Of a stretch of 64,000 bases of DNA, positions 10,203 to 20,245 are shown one piece after another. Origin of the DNA: an uncultured delta proteobacterium. Lineage in GTDB: Bacteria > Desulfobacterota > Binatia > Binatales > Binataceae. Numbering within the stretch: position 1 is the stretch's first letter; each line of letters starts with the position of its first letter. Below the pieces are notes generated by a model. It saw only the letters and a program-made list of their open reading frames with translations. It had not been told where the DNA came from and ran no database searches. Made by a program: the position numbers and the translations under genes. The stretch is from contig CAWJET010000001.1 of the NCBI GenBank assembly GCA_963842085.1, forward strand, positions 1,568,001 to 1,632,000, given 5' to 3'.

Positions 10203-10564
10203 TGTTCTCTTCCATCCTTGTGTTGACAACAGTTGCCGGCAAAAAGACCTCACAGCGCGCCTCTTCGTTCACCGCGACGGTCCAGGCACCCGCCCCAAAC
10301 ATCGGATGGCAGCCGCGGCTTGACCGGCTTCGCTACTGGGTTTCGCTTCAGTCATCCTAGTAATTGCGGTCTGTGGCCCCTTTTCCCTAGGACACCTCCC
10401 GCCCGCCTGACGACCGCGGGCCTGCTCTATCCTTAAAGCGTCGATACTTAAACCGAGAGAGTCGCTGGCGCTGGTGACTAACCCACGCTTCGCGTTACAA
10501 CTTGCTTTTTGACAAGTGTTTCGAGTTCGGGGCGTCGTTCGCCACCGACGACTCCTCACCTGAC

Positions 10565-11970
10565 TCAAGGCCGACAGAGATCGTCACGATCGCCGTCGCC
10601 GAGGTAGTAGCGAACCATAGAACTCCCTGAGATGATCGATTCGGTTCCTCTTTCCGCATATATATAATAGGGAACGTGAGGAGCGGTAGGGTGATTAGTC
10701 ACGAACCGATTGAGGCCGCGCCGGTGCGCGGGATCATTGCTTTCCACTCTGTAGGCTTCGTAGATCGAACAGAACTCTCCGTGTGACTGAGTGGCGCTGA
10801 GCTGCGCGTACAAGTCGCCGAGGCGGCTCGACACCGTCCCCACGCAGACGTCCAAATAGATGGCCTGCCCGATCAGCAGTGAACACATCAAACTGCGTCC
10901 TAACAGTGATATAAGCGGATACTCAGATGGATCCCATTGCGAGCCGAGCCAGCAGATGGCAAGCCATAGTGCAGGGTAGGCGAATCTCTCGCCCGGACTG
11001 ATCATCTCGGCGAACTGGAAGCCGGTCGCGACGAAGCAGAATAGGCAGGTCGCGGCGGCAACCATGGCGGGAAGATACCCCCGCCGTCCAAACCAAATTG
11101 CCGCGCCGCAAGCCAGCCACACCAGCGTTATCACCCCCAGAGTCACCAGATTTGCGATCGCCCCGACCTGCACCGCTCTGGAACCAATCGTCAACCAGGG
11201 AAGAAACTTGTGAAACGGCGTGTACACTGCGACCACGGCTCCGGCGAATCGCGCCGTGGTCCAAAACTGCCAGAAACCCCGCGAGGCCAGCGGCTCTGAA
11301 AAGAATCTCGCTAGTGCGTACCACAACGTGAGCGTCACCGGCAGACTGAAAGCGAAGATCAGCTTTCTGATCAACGCCCGGCTCCATTCGAAACAGGCGA
11401 AGATCCCCGTGACCAGCAGCGCGATACAGAACGGCAACAAATGAGTCGCGAAGAGAATCAGGCCGGCGAGGCAAAAGAACCATCCGCTGATCGCCGCAAG
11501 CTGCCCACGGTGCCTGACCAAGTAGCCGACGTAGTAGAAGAAGAGAGCCACGCCGAGCATGTAACCCAGTTCACCGATGAAGAGATACTGCGCATATGTC
11601 AGGAGCAACGGAATATATAATAGCGGGCTTTCCTCGGAAGCATTCAAAGACTCTGTCAAGAAGATGCTACCGCCCGCGAAGGCCAGGACCAGCAGGTGAG
11701 CACTACCTTGCCAACTATTTGTAGGGGGAAAATAAACTCCAGGCCCGCTATCATCAGGAGCAGAGTTGTATATGGAACAGGGTATGGCACGATTCGATGG
11801 TGCGGCGCCAGTTGATGATGTATCCAGCGGTAGAACAGATCTCCCTCAAATAGTGAGCGTGGATAGTCAGTGCTCGGAAAGAAGCGGTGACTCCAGATCA
11901 GGTAGATGCCGTTAGCGAGCATCAAAAACACAACGCTCCGGAACAAGAGACTGCACGGCGATTTCACAAA
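10565..11970 (-). pseudogene. Frameshifted multi-pass membrane protein (GT-C-like), in the spacer of the inverted repeat
   Basis: The N-terminal part (..IWSHRFFPSTDYP..PYPVPY..VGKVVLT, ORF 11656-12114) continues in another frame as LLVLAFAGGSIFLTESL.. (ORF 10565-11659). Frameshift near 11695. Start position approximate. Confidence 0.65.
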
Positions 11971-12594
11971 CCCTTGTTCCCTCAAGAATCCTGCGCAGGC
12001 GATCCCGCGTCGCCGGTGACCCTGTTCTGGATCATTCCCCGCAGCTGGTGCAGCTCGTGGGAGCGACAGGCCGAGCCGCAGATAACACCGTGTCGAACCG
12101 GCGTACGAAACCACATCCGCAGGAAGACCGTCATGGCCGCGCTACCTTAAGTGCTTTGAACTGGCCGTCCTCGAAGACAGTCCACCGTCCAGCTTCGACG
12201 CGCGAAGCTGTTGAGATAGATCACTAAACCGTCATTCACGGATTCATCGCATCATTCTATAGGATTCCGCTCTTAACCGCTAGTATTTCGCATTAGATGT
12301 GAATTTCTAAAACGACAGATCGCAGACAAGAGCACTCGCATCATCTGGATGCTGCTCACGCGTGGCGATAAGTATCGGCCAACGGCCCTGGTGACCCGTG
12401 CAACCAGGCAGCTTTATCAAACGCTCTTATTGGAGGAACACGTCTCTGTATGGTTGCGAAGGTCGTTTCGTCGGTGATGGGTTGCGGCCCGCCCGGCACT
12501 TTCTAAACCCATCCCTGGACCCTCGAGGCCGTTGAGATGACCAAGAGAAGGCGCGCGAATTTCCATCAGAGCCACGAGCGTACTATCAACCTCC

Positions 12595-15500
12595 TTAAAA
12601 CTAACCGGCCGAATATGCGGCTGCACCCGGCTCACTTCCACCATTGCAATCCCTTTCGCTCGGGGCTGGGCCCGCATAGGGGACAAACACAAGCAAGTCG
12701 GTGTGAAGTCCGAATGTTAGGTTCGGTTAGACCTTGAGCGCTCGAAGCGTTTGCTTCGAGCTGAACATATCGAGCAAATATGCTTGACAGTCCTGCGTGC
12801 TAGAGCCGCAGGGGGGCCATCTGCGGCCGGCACGCAATGGGCAAACCAGCGACACGATCACATCGACTGTCGACGGAGCGCGCCGTTAAAACTGACTCCA
12901 ATTGCACGCTGGCCAAATCGTAGCTGCCCAGGTCGCCAAGGCAGTCATATCAGCGGTCGGCACATTGCCCGAGACGTCGTCATTGTCGTAAGGGCTGCTT
13001 TGAAATTCGGATATTGCGGTATAGGTGCGGTTGCCGGCAGCCGTGCCATCGTACTGACTGGTCGTACATACAAGACTCGGTGAGCCGAAAGCAGTGCCAT
13101 CGTCATTCTTAACGGAATCCCATTGTGCAGGTGTCCACGTCGAGGCCTCATTCAACCACGCCATACTAAGCGTACCGACCAGTTGTCCCGTATTGACGGG
13201 GCTCAGGTTAGCCCACGGTCCCGGCGCCCCGTAGCCAAAGTACTCCGGAAAGACGAGGTTATCGAGCGCGGAGCCCCAAGCCGGATTAAACCCATAGTCG
13301 GGATCCAGCAAATAGCCCGAGCTGTTATGGACTTTCGAACCGGCATTCGCGGTGGTCGTATCCTCCTGCTGTGCATTGAGCCATACCATCGTCATAAGTC
13401 CAGCATATCCGAGGTGACCATTTAACGACGACTCTTCGCCCTGATGGTTGAGGTAGTAGCCCCAGTCGATTGGGTTGTTACCGCCGCGTTGACGCTGGCC
13501 CGAGTGAACCATAATTTGCACGTAGTACCACGCACTCGTGAAATATGTATCCTTCAATCCATCGCCGTAAAAGTTATTCTGGCTGGAATTTTGGCTACCA
13601 GTGCCATTAGGGTTAGTTGGGATACCTATGCGGAACAGAGCCGACATGAACGGCTCAGCGGCATTCCATACCCGGTCATCGGTCGGCATGGTAAGATTGT
13701 AGCCTTCGGACTGAGAAAGCTGCCCCTCAAGGTTGAACTCATGCATCATTTCCCACACTTTAACAAGTTGCCATCGTGAAAGAGCATAAGCATAGTTACT
13801 TAAGATTGGTGTCCACGGTGCGTTTGGATTGATGCCTAGACTTTGCCTGTCTGCAAAATCCCAAGTTTCTAGATCCGAAGCAAATGACGAACCCGAACCA
13901 CCAACACCCTTCGTCGGGTTCGTGATGTATTGTGTGAGGTTGCTGGTGAGGTTGCTGCGCATGCCGTTGTAGCGGCTTGCTACCCCACTTCCTGCCCAAG
14001 ATGTCGCCGAAGCGCCCATAGCTGTAAGCGTTGAAGCTGTATATGCATCCATCGGCGAGACTGTCGGCAGCCATTGGTTCCAGCTTGGCATCGGCAGGAA
14101 CACCGGAATTTCGCGCTTATCTATGGCGCCCGTGGCTGGTATCGCCGCGGGGGTATACCCATCGGGGAATATATAGTTGAGTGTTTGTGTATCATCGTCC
14201 AGCACCCATTGGATGCCAGCCCCAGCCGACCAGTCCGCGATCGAATGCGAGTTCAACCCCGGCCCAGGCTGATAAGGCGGGTTCCACGGCCGCGCATACT
14301 GCGAGAACGCCGGCGCATTCGGGATGCCCGAGCGGATATAGCTCGCGATCTGCTCACCCTGAAGCTGGCTCAGGCCGTGAAATTGGCTGCGCTGAATAAT
14401 TGAATAATTCGAGTAATTGAAATACTTCAGGTCGCGCCCATCTTGGGCATGACAATCGGCGCAGTGTGCCTTAATCGTCGAGGTCGTCAAAGACGATTGC
14501 GCGAGGGTCGCGGTATGCCAGAGTGTTTGACCCGCGCTGATGTCGGCGGAATCGTTGAGCGGTGCCGTCCAAAGACTCGGGTCGTCATTGGCGAACTGAG
14601 TCGCCGGCATGATCTGCGAACCGTCCGAGGCAAGCAGGTTGAATGCGATAATTCTAAACCCAGTTGTGACACCATCAGTCTGGTTCATCCTAAAGCTGAC
14701 CGTGTTCGTGCCGGCAACCACCGATCCAAGCGTGCTTATCGGGATGGTGACCTTGACCGTGTCGAATAGGCCGCCATCGATACCTTCGTAATTTGCCCCT
14801 GGCGGCAGCACCGTCACCGTTTCGTTCGTGAGCGCCAGCCACGGCCCGCCATTGAGCGAGATACTGGCCTTACCTGGCGGCAACTTCTGCAGCGAGGGTA
14901 CGTAGCCGAGATGGTTACCCTGAAGCCAGAACGTCACCGCGCTGTTGGCTTGCGCCGAGGTCAGCGTGAAGCTTCGCGTTCCCGTCTCGCCCTGCGGACC
15001 GATCACTTCGATCGGCATTACCATCGCGCCGGAAACTGGCGTCGCCGTAGCGGTCGGCGTCGCGGTCGGCGTGCTACTTGCCGTCGCCGTGCGCGTCGGA
15101 GTCCCAGTCGGCGTGACGGTCGCGGCCGGCGTGCTGCTAGGCGTCGTGGGGTCGCCAGCAGTCGCGGTCGGCGTGCTGGTGGGCGTCGTGGTCGGTGCCG
15201 CGGTAGAGGGCATGGGAGTGGGAGTCGCGGTCGGCGTGGACGCGGCGTTCGCAGGCTGCAGCAGTATCTGAAGCGCCATCCAGGGCTGGCTCGAGCCGCT
15301 GGTGAAGGTGAGATTCCCCGTCGGGTTCAGATACGTGAGCGGGCCTGCGTACCACCCCTCGTTGGAGATCCCGTCTCCCACGTCGATCTCCTGCCAGTCT
15401 TGCGTAAGTCCTTGCGGAGCTGCGTAACCAATCCCCGCGCTCATATCGAGCACCGCCGCAACCAATAGATCTCCAACCACCGTCGGCGTCACCGACTGCG

Positions 15501-15855
15501 CCATTGGGTTGTTGGAATTTCCAGTGTTGTAACTGGGTGCACCGTCGAGCTGGCATTGCCAATTGCTGAAGCACTGAAGCCCGCCCGCTGACTTGGGACC
15601 GCCGCTGCCAAAACTCCATGTGTAGCTGGTCGGACTGGTGGCACACCACCCGGTCGCCGACGCTCCCGTGCCGCTGGTCGAAGTAAATCCGAACACCTTG
15701 CTCCATCCCGCAGGCGCGACGACTGAATCGAGCCCGTCGTGCAGGATCACCGCGAGGCAGGAATTGCCCGACGCTGCTGGCGACGACGGTAGGGTCAAGC
15801 TCTGGCCGTTGTATTCGGAATTGGTCTCGGGCGGACCCGCCGCCGCTATCGCTTG
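12595..15855 (-). repeat. Right arm of the 3261-bp inverted repeat
   Basis: Reverse complement of 6942-10202. The inner boundary is ..GGTTAGTTTTAA in both arms. Confidence 0.95.
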
Positions 15856-15942
15856 CGAAGTTGCAGCGCTAGATTGCGCGCTGGCGCATACTACGACTAA
15901 GCAGACATATAGAAAAAATGCCAGTGAGTAGCGACTATGCAT
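12886..15942 (-). CDS. Large secreted mono-haem cytochrome c-like protein, copy 3 (no lectin domain)
   Basis: 1018 aa. Signal peptide homologous to copy 2, joined directly to the shared module. CADCH at 14449-14463. Translation identical to copy 2 from the late linker to the stop. Confidence 0.85.
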   Translation of the reverse strand: MHSRYSLAFFLYVCLVVVCASAQSSAATSQAIAAAGPPETNSEYNGQSLTLPSSPAASGNSCLAVILHDGLDSVVAPAGWSKVFGFTSTSGTGASATGWCATSPTSYTWSFGSGGPKSAGGLQCFSNWQCQLDGAPSYNTGNSNNPMAQSVTPTVVGDLLVAAVLDMSAGIGYAAPQGLTQDWQEIDVGDGISNEGWYAGPLTYLNPTGNLTFTSGSSQPWMALQILLQPANAASTPTATPTPMPSTAAPTTTPTSTPTATAGDPTTPSSTPAATVTPTGTPTRTATASSTPTATPTATATPVSGAMVMPIEVIGPQGETGTRSFTLTSAQANSAVTFWLQGNHLGYVPSLQKLPPGKASISLNGGPWLALTNETVTVLPPGANYEGIDGGLFDTVKVTIPISTLGSVVAGTNTVSFRMNQTDGVTTGFRIIAFNLLASDGSQIMPATQFANDDPSLWTAPLNDSADISAGQTLWHTATLAQSSLTTSTIKAHCADCHAQDGRDLKYFNYSNYSIIQRSQFHGLSQLQGEQIASYIRSGIPNAPAFSQYARPWNPPYQPGPGLNSHSIADWSAGAGIQWVLDDDTQTLNYIFPDGYTPAAIPATGAIDKREIPVFLPMPSWNQWLPTVSPMDAYTASTLTAMGASATSWAGSGVASRYNGMRSNLTSNLTQYITNPTKGVGGSGSSFASDLETWDFADRQSLGINPNAPWTPILSNYAYALSRWQLVKVWEMMHEFNLEGQLSQSEGYNLTMPTDDRVWNAAEPFMSALFRIGIPTNPNGTGSQNSSQNNFYGDGLKDTYFTSAWYYVQIMVHSGQRQRGGNNPIDWGYYLNHQGEESSLNGHLGYAGLMTMVWLNAQQEDTTTANAGSKVHNSSGYLLDPDYGFNPAWGSALDNLVFPEYFGYGAPGPWANLSPVNTGQLVGTLSMAWLNEASTWTPAQWDSVKNDDGTAFGSPSLVCTTSQYDGTAAGNRTYTAISEFQSSPYDNDDVSGNVPTADMTALATWAATIWPACNWSQF

Positions 15943-16903
15943 TCATACCCCTCCCCTGCTCCACACAGCATCCAACACGACTCACCGGAACTTCTACCAA
16001 TTTCGCCGGGGCAATATTATTGCGGACCGTGATTCACGATATTCCGCCGGTTCGCCCCACGCTCTGAATGGATACTGCTAGACCCGCAGAGGTCAGCAGA
16101 AAAAGCCGACCTACAAGACGGCCGACGAATAGCTGGAACGAGTCGACTAGTGAAGAATCGAGGTCCGCGCAAATTCGTCGCTTGCTCATATCGATGGATC
16201 TTTTATCAACTCGATTGTCGCTGTGTCAATTAATTGTCATACGAATCGATCAATTAATGGAAGCATATTGTAGTCGTCGGTGCGAAATCTCGAAAATTAA
16301 ATGCCGCTAGCGCGATCAAAACTTAGTAGAATGAGAAATTGACTGCCGCAGTTGTCCGCATCAGGAGGCTAAACTATTTTTTCAATAAGATTTCTTTTGG
16401 CGCAGCTACAATCGGTCCCTACGCGGGTACGATCACTCGGATCGAGATGGCGTAAACGCCCAAGTGCGTCTCGAGCTGAGTAACGCTAGAGAAATTGATT
16501 TCTATTGCTTGATTCTTCTCTTTAGTGAGTTGTGGACTGGAGATTAGGCGCCATACCTCAAGGATATCGCTTTATAGCATTGGGTATATCTAAGAGCCTT
16601 CGCAGCATGGGACTTGATGGTACTGTTCCTGGCGAATCGAACCAGACAGATACCGAGCGAAACGTTTGATCCTCGAGAGGGGGCGCAAGAATGGACACTG
16701 TGATCTTGCTCGTAAACCACGCTGTGGCGCGGCGTTTGTGGCGGCCAACCACCACCCCCTGGGCGAGCCCCCACGCAGGGATGAGGTCGACCTCGATAAT
16801 ACGTAAGAGTAGTGTTAGGATTTCATCCGCATGAGTGCTACCGAACGTTCCCGCGCGCGAGTACGCTATTACCTCATATCCTAAGCGGTGCGGGCGGCCA
16901 TAC

Positions 16904-18523
16904 ATGATCGTTGATTTCCGGGACTACGCCGACGGGCACGTATTTCGAGCTGATGTCTGTATCATCGGAAGTGGTGCGGCTGGAATTACGATTGCGCGGG
17001 AATTCTTCTTCAGCGGATTCTCGGTAGTGACCTCGGAAGGGGGAGGATTCAAATGGGAAGAAGACACCCAGGCTTTGTATACGAGCGAAGTCGTAGGACT
17101 CCCCCATAAAGGCGTGCACATCGGCCGGGCGAGGGTCTTCGGGGGCACGACTACCCTTTGGGCCGGTCAGACGTTGCCCTTGGACGATATCGATTTCAGA
17201 CCGCGGCCTTGGGTAGCTGACAGTGGTTGGCCGCTTGTGCGTCGCGATCTTGAGCCGTACTACAGACGTGCCGAGAAAACGCTCAATTTGAGCGAGATTG
17301 ACTACCGAGACCCGTCATTTTTCGGCGTTTCAACTGCACTCTTCGAGTCACGTCAGTTGCGTCCTTTGATTTCGCAGTTCAGCCCCAAGGCAAATTTCGC
17401 CGCAGCATATGGTAACCAATTGAAGTCACTGAGCAGCATCACCGTGATTCTGCATGCCAACGCCACCCAACTAATGGCGAATTCTGACGCATCGGCCATA
17501 ACGGGTGTGGAGATTCGCTCACTTTCGGGCCGGTGCGGTGCAATAGATGCGGCCTTTTATGTCGTCTGCTGCGGAGGTATAGAGACGCCGCGCTTGTTAC
17601 TTGCGTCGAACGAAATCGAGAGGCCGGGGCTTGGTAATCGGCACGATCGGGTCGGCAGATACTTTCAGGATCACGTCCAGGCACGCTTGGCGAGTGTGCG
17701 ACTTAGGGACGCGAAGCGAGTATTGGAGTCATTCGAGACCTTCTATCGGAAGGGAGTAGCCTATAGCCCGAAGCTTGCTCTCAACGAGGAGGTTCAAGAA
17801 AAACGAGGCACTCTGAATGCTACTGTCGGCGTGGTCCGTGCGGAGCTGCCCGCTGAGAATACGGCAGTTGATGCGGCCAAGCGGCTGGCGAGTGGTCTCC
17901 GACACTGGAATTTCATTAAGCCGTCCGCCGGCGACCTAAAACAATTGCTTCGCTCTCCCCACGATATCTTGCTCGCCGCGTTCCGTCGTTATGTTCAACA
18001 CAAGCCGGCATTTCAATTGAGTGGCGAGCCATACATCTCATTGTGTTGCGAGTGTGAGCCAAATCCCGACAGCCGTGTTTTGCTGAGCGATGAAAGAGAT
18101 GCTCTCGGGATGCGACGCGCCAAGCTCGATTGGCACCTGACGCCGTTGGTGCGCCATACAGCGATGGTCGTAGTCGAAATACTCGCAAAAGAGCTCAAAC
18201 GATTGGAAATCGGGGAGGTGGATACGGCATCTTGCGACGTGATGAGGAATCAGGACTGGGAGCGTTCCTTCTGGGACATCAACCATCACATCGGAACCTG
18301 CCGAATGAGCACCGATCCTCATAATGGAGTCGTCGATCCCGATTGTAAGGTGCACACTATCGACAATCTGTTCATTAGCAGCAGCGCGGTTTTCCCGACC
18401 GGCGGACATTCCAACCCGACATTTACGATGCTTGCCCTGGCTATTCGGCTGGCTGATCACCTCAAGCTGCGATTGTCACGAAGCGTTCCGACCGTAAGCG
18501 GCAGAGCCGATGCGCAGCGTTAA
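16904..18523 (+). CDS. GMC-family FAD-dependent oxidoreductase
   Basis: ADVCIIGSGAAG (FAD binding), FGGTTTLWAG, CCGGIETPRLLL, GRYFQDH, HHIGTCRM, FPTGGHSNPTFT. Likely start is the ATG at 16904. Confidence 0.92.
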   Translation: MIVDFRDYADGHVFRADVCIIGSGAAGITIAREFFFSGFSVVTSEGGGFKWEEDTQALYTSEVVGLPHKGVHIGRARVFGGTTTLWAGQTLPLDDIDFRPRPWVADSGWPLVRRDLEPYYRRAEKTLNLSEIDYRDPSFFGVSTALFESRQLRPLISQFSPKANFAAAYGNQLKSLSSITVILHANATQLMANSDASAITGVEIRSLSGRCGAIDAAFYVVCCGGIETPRLLLASNEIERPGLGNRHDRVGRYFQDHVQARLASVRLRDAKRVLESFETFYRKGVAYSPKLALNEEVQEKRGTLNATVGVVRAELPAENTAVDAAKRLASGLRHWNFIKPSAGDLKQLLRSPHDILLAAFRRYVQHKPAFQLSGEPYISLCCECEPNPDSRVLLSDERDALGMRRAKLDWHLTPLVRHTAMVVVEILAKELKRLEIGEVDTASCDVMRNQDWERSFWDINHHIGTCRMSTDPHNGVVDPDCKVHTIDNLFISSSAVFPTGGHSNPTFTMLALAIRLADHLKLRLSRSVPTVSGRADAQR

Positions 18524-19478
18524 GCTCGCGAATACGGATTTGACGGCGTCCAGCTTGGGCTTCGGCTGCAGTGCGCTCCTGGGAGACAACACCCGAACCG
18601 AAGGACTGCAGCTTTTGCACACCGCTTACGACGAGGGGCTCAACTATTTCGACGTCGCGCGAGTCTACGGATATGGCGAAGCGGAGCGACTGGTTGGCGA
18701 ATTCGCCAAGGGGAAAAGGAGTCGAATTGTTATCACTACAAAATTTGGTATTCGTCCCCTAATCTCTATAGCCGGGGCGGGCTATGCACGGACACTGGTT
18801 CGCAATCTGATGCGATTTTCTCCGAGTTTGCGGAATCGAATTGGCCGCCAAGCGCGCTCCGCCGTCAGCCACGGTCGCTTTGGCGCTGCAGAAGCCCGCG
18901 ACAGTCTGGAAACGAGCCTCCGAGTCCTGGGCACAGACTATATTGACATATTCCTGATGCACGACTGCTCACTCGGCGATATCTCCGATGACCTACTCGT
19001 TTTCTTAAGCCGCGCTCGTGCGGAAGGGAAGATTCGATATTTCGGCGTTGCTACCGAGGCCGAGGAGATCGCTAAGATTCAAGCTCACCGTCCGGAATTC
19101 GCACTGGTTATGCAGTTTCGAAATAGTGTCCTCCACCGAAACCTTGAAGCACTCGGTGAACCTGGCGGAGCCGTCATAACACACGGCGCATTGAGCGGCA
19201 GCTACGTGGCACTTAGAGAGTATCTGGCACGAGGTCGCGAATTCGCCGCGAGGTGGTCGTCTTGCCTCCAGGCCGATCTGTCTCAACCCACCGAATTGGC
19301 GCGAATAATGTTAAATTATGCGGTTCACGCCAACCGCTGGGGCCCAGTTATTTTTTCGTCGCGCCAGGTTGAATCTATCAAGAACAACGCGAAGGGTGTC
19401 GCCGAGGACCCCTACTCCAAGGAACAGCTCGAAGCGTTTGTGGCTCTGGCTAAACAGTCGGGAGTACAGCCGCTCTGA
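18510..19478 (+). CDS. Aldo/keto reductase
   Basis: SSLGFGC, FDVARVYGYGEAE, ITTKFG, SLETSLRVLGTDYIDIFLMH, GKIRYFGV. Overlaps the 3' end of the GMC gene. Confidence 0.92.
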   Translation: MRSVKLANTDLTASSLGFGCSALLGDNTRTEGLQLLHTAYDEGLNYFDVARVYGYGEAERLVGEFAKGKRSRIVITTKFGIRPLISIAGAGYARTLVRNLMRFSPSLRNRIGRQARSAVSHGRFGAAEARDSLETSLRVLGTDYIDIFLMHDCSLGDISDDLLVFLSRARAEGKIRYFGVATEAEEIAKIQAHRPEFALVMQFRNSVLHRNLEALGEPGGAVITHGALSGSYVALREYLARGREFAARWSSCLQADLSQPTELARIMLNYAVHANRWGPVIFSSRQVESIKNNAKGVAEDPYSKEQLEAFVALAKQSGVQPL

Positions 19479-20245
19479 GCGGAAGCATCAGTTTGAACGA
19501 CGCCTCGGGAACCGATGAGTTTGCCTTGGCGGATGTTTGGCCGCGGACCGCCGATCAGAAATCAGACACGGCCCGATACGTCCTTATCGCAGGTGGCTTG
19601 TGCATGAGCGCCGGTGAATGCCATGGGTATGAGAAAGCGGCACAGATCGACCCCCTACTACGCGGTCATTCCATTCCAGCAGTTTCGGCTGTCGTAAATG
19701 TCTCGTATAGCACTGCGCAGTCCCTAAGCGCCTCTCGCATCACCGCGTGGGCCACGGGAAAAACCGGCATCGCTCTCGACTCTTGCCCACATGGGTGCCA
19801 GCCAGCAAGTGTGACGAGAAGAAGGTGATCGCGTCAGCGCTTGAAGCTCGCGAAGCGTTGAACGCGATGGATGCAGCGGAGATGAAAAGATCGAAAAAGT
19901 TCGTTGGAGCGAGAAATCATTGCCGTCTGCTGCTGCGCGGAGTGACTCGATTTTGCGCCCAACTCGAAAATACTTCTGCACAAGCCATCAAACGCGTCGT
20001 TTCGGTTGATCCGGCTGGATCGACCAATTTAAGAATGGCACTCGGTGGGCCGAAACGTTGCTGCGGCAACTGCATCAGGCAGCTCCCAACCCCATTAGTT
20101 GAGGTCGCCCGTCCCCGCAGTTCAATCGGTTGTCTCGACCGGCTGATTCCAAGAGCGCCCACATCAACTGGAGTTAGGCCGCTCGATTCGCGCCTGAAGA
20201 AGCAATCGCGTCGGCGATTGAGGTGTTCCCTTCGCGAAAGGGTCT

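Noticed and set aside
6942-15855. Composite transposon or invertase-driven shufflon
   Set aside because: The arms encode a secreted protein, not a transposase. No recombinase gene or short recombination sites were found.
19493-20245. ORFs between the aldo/keto reductase and xrtE
   Set aside because: No recognisable motifs and conflicting overlapping frames. Only a hairpin at 20004-20025 is notable.
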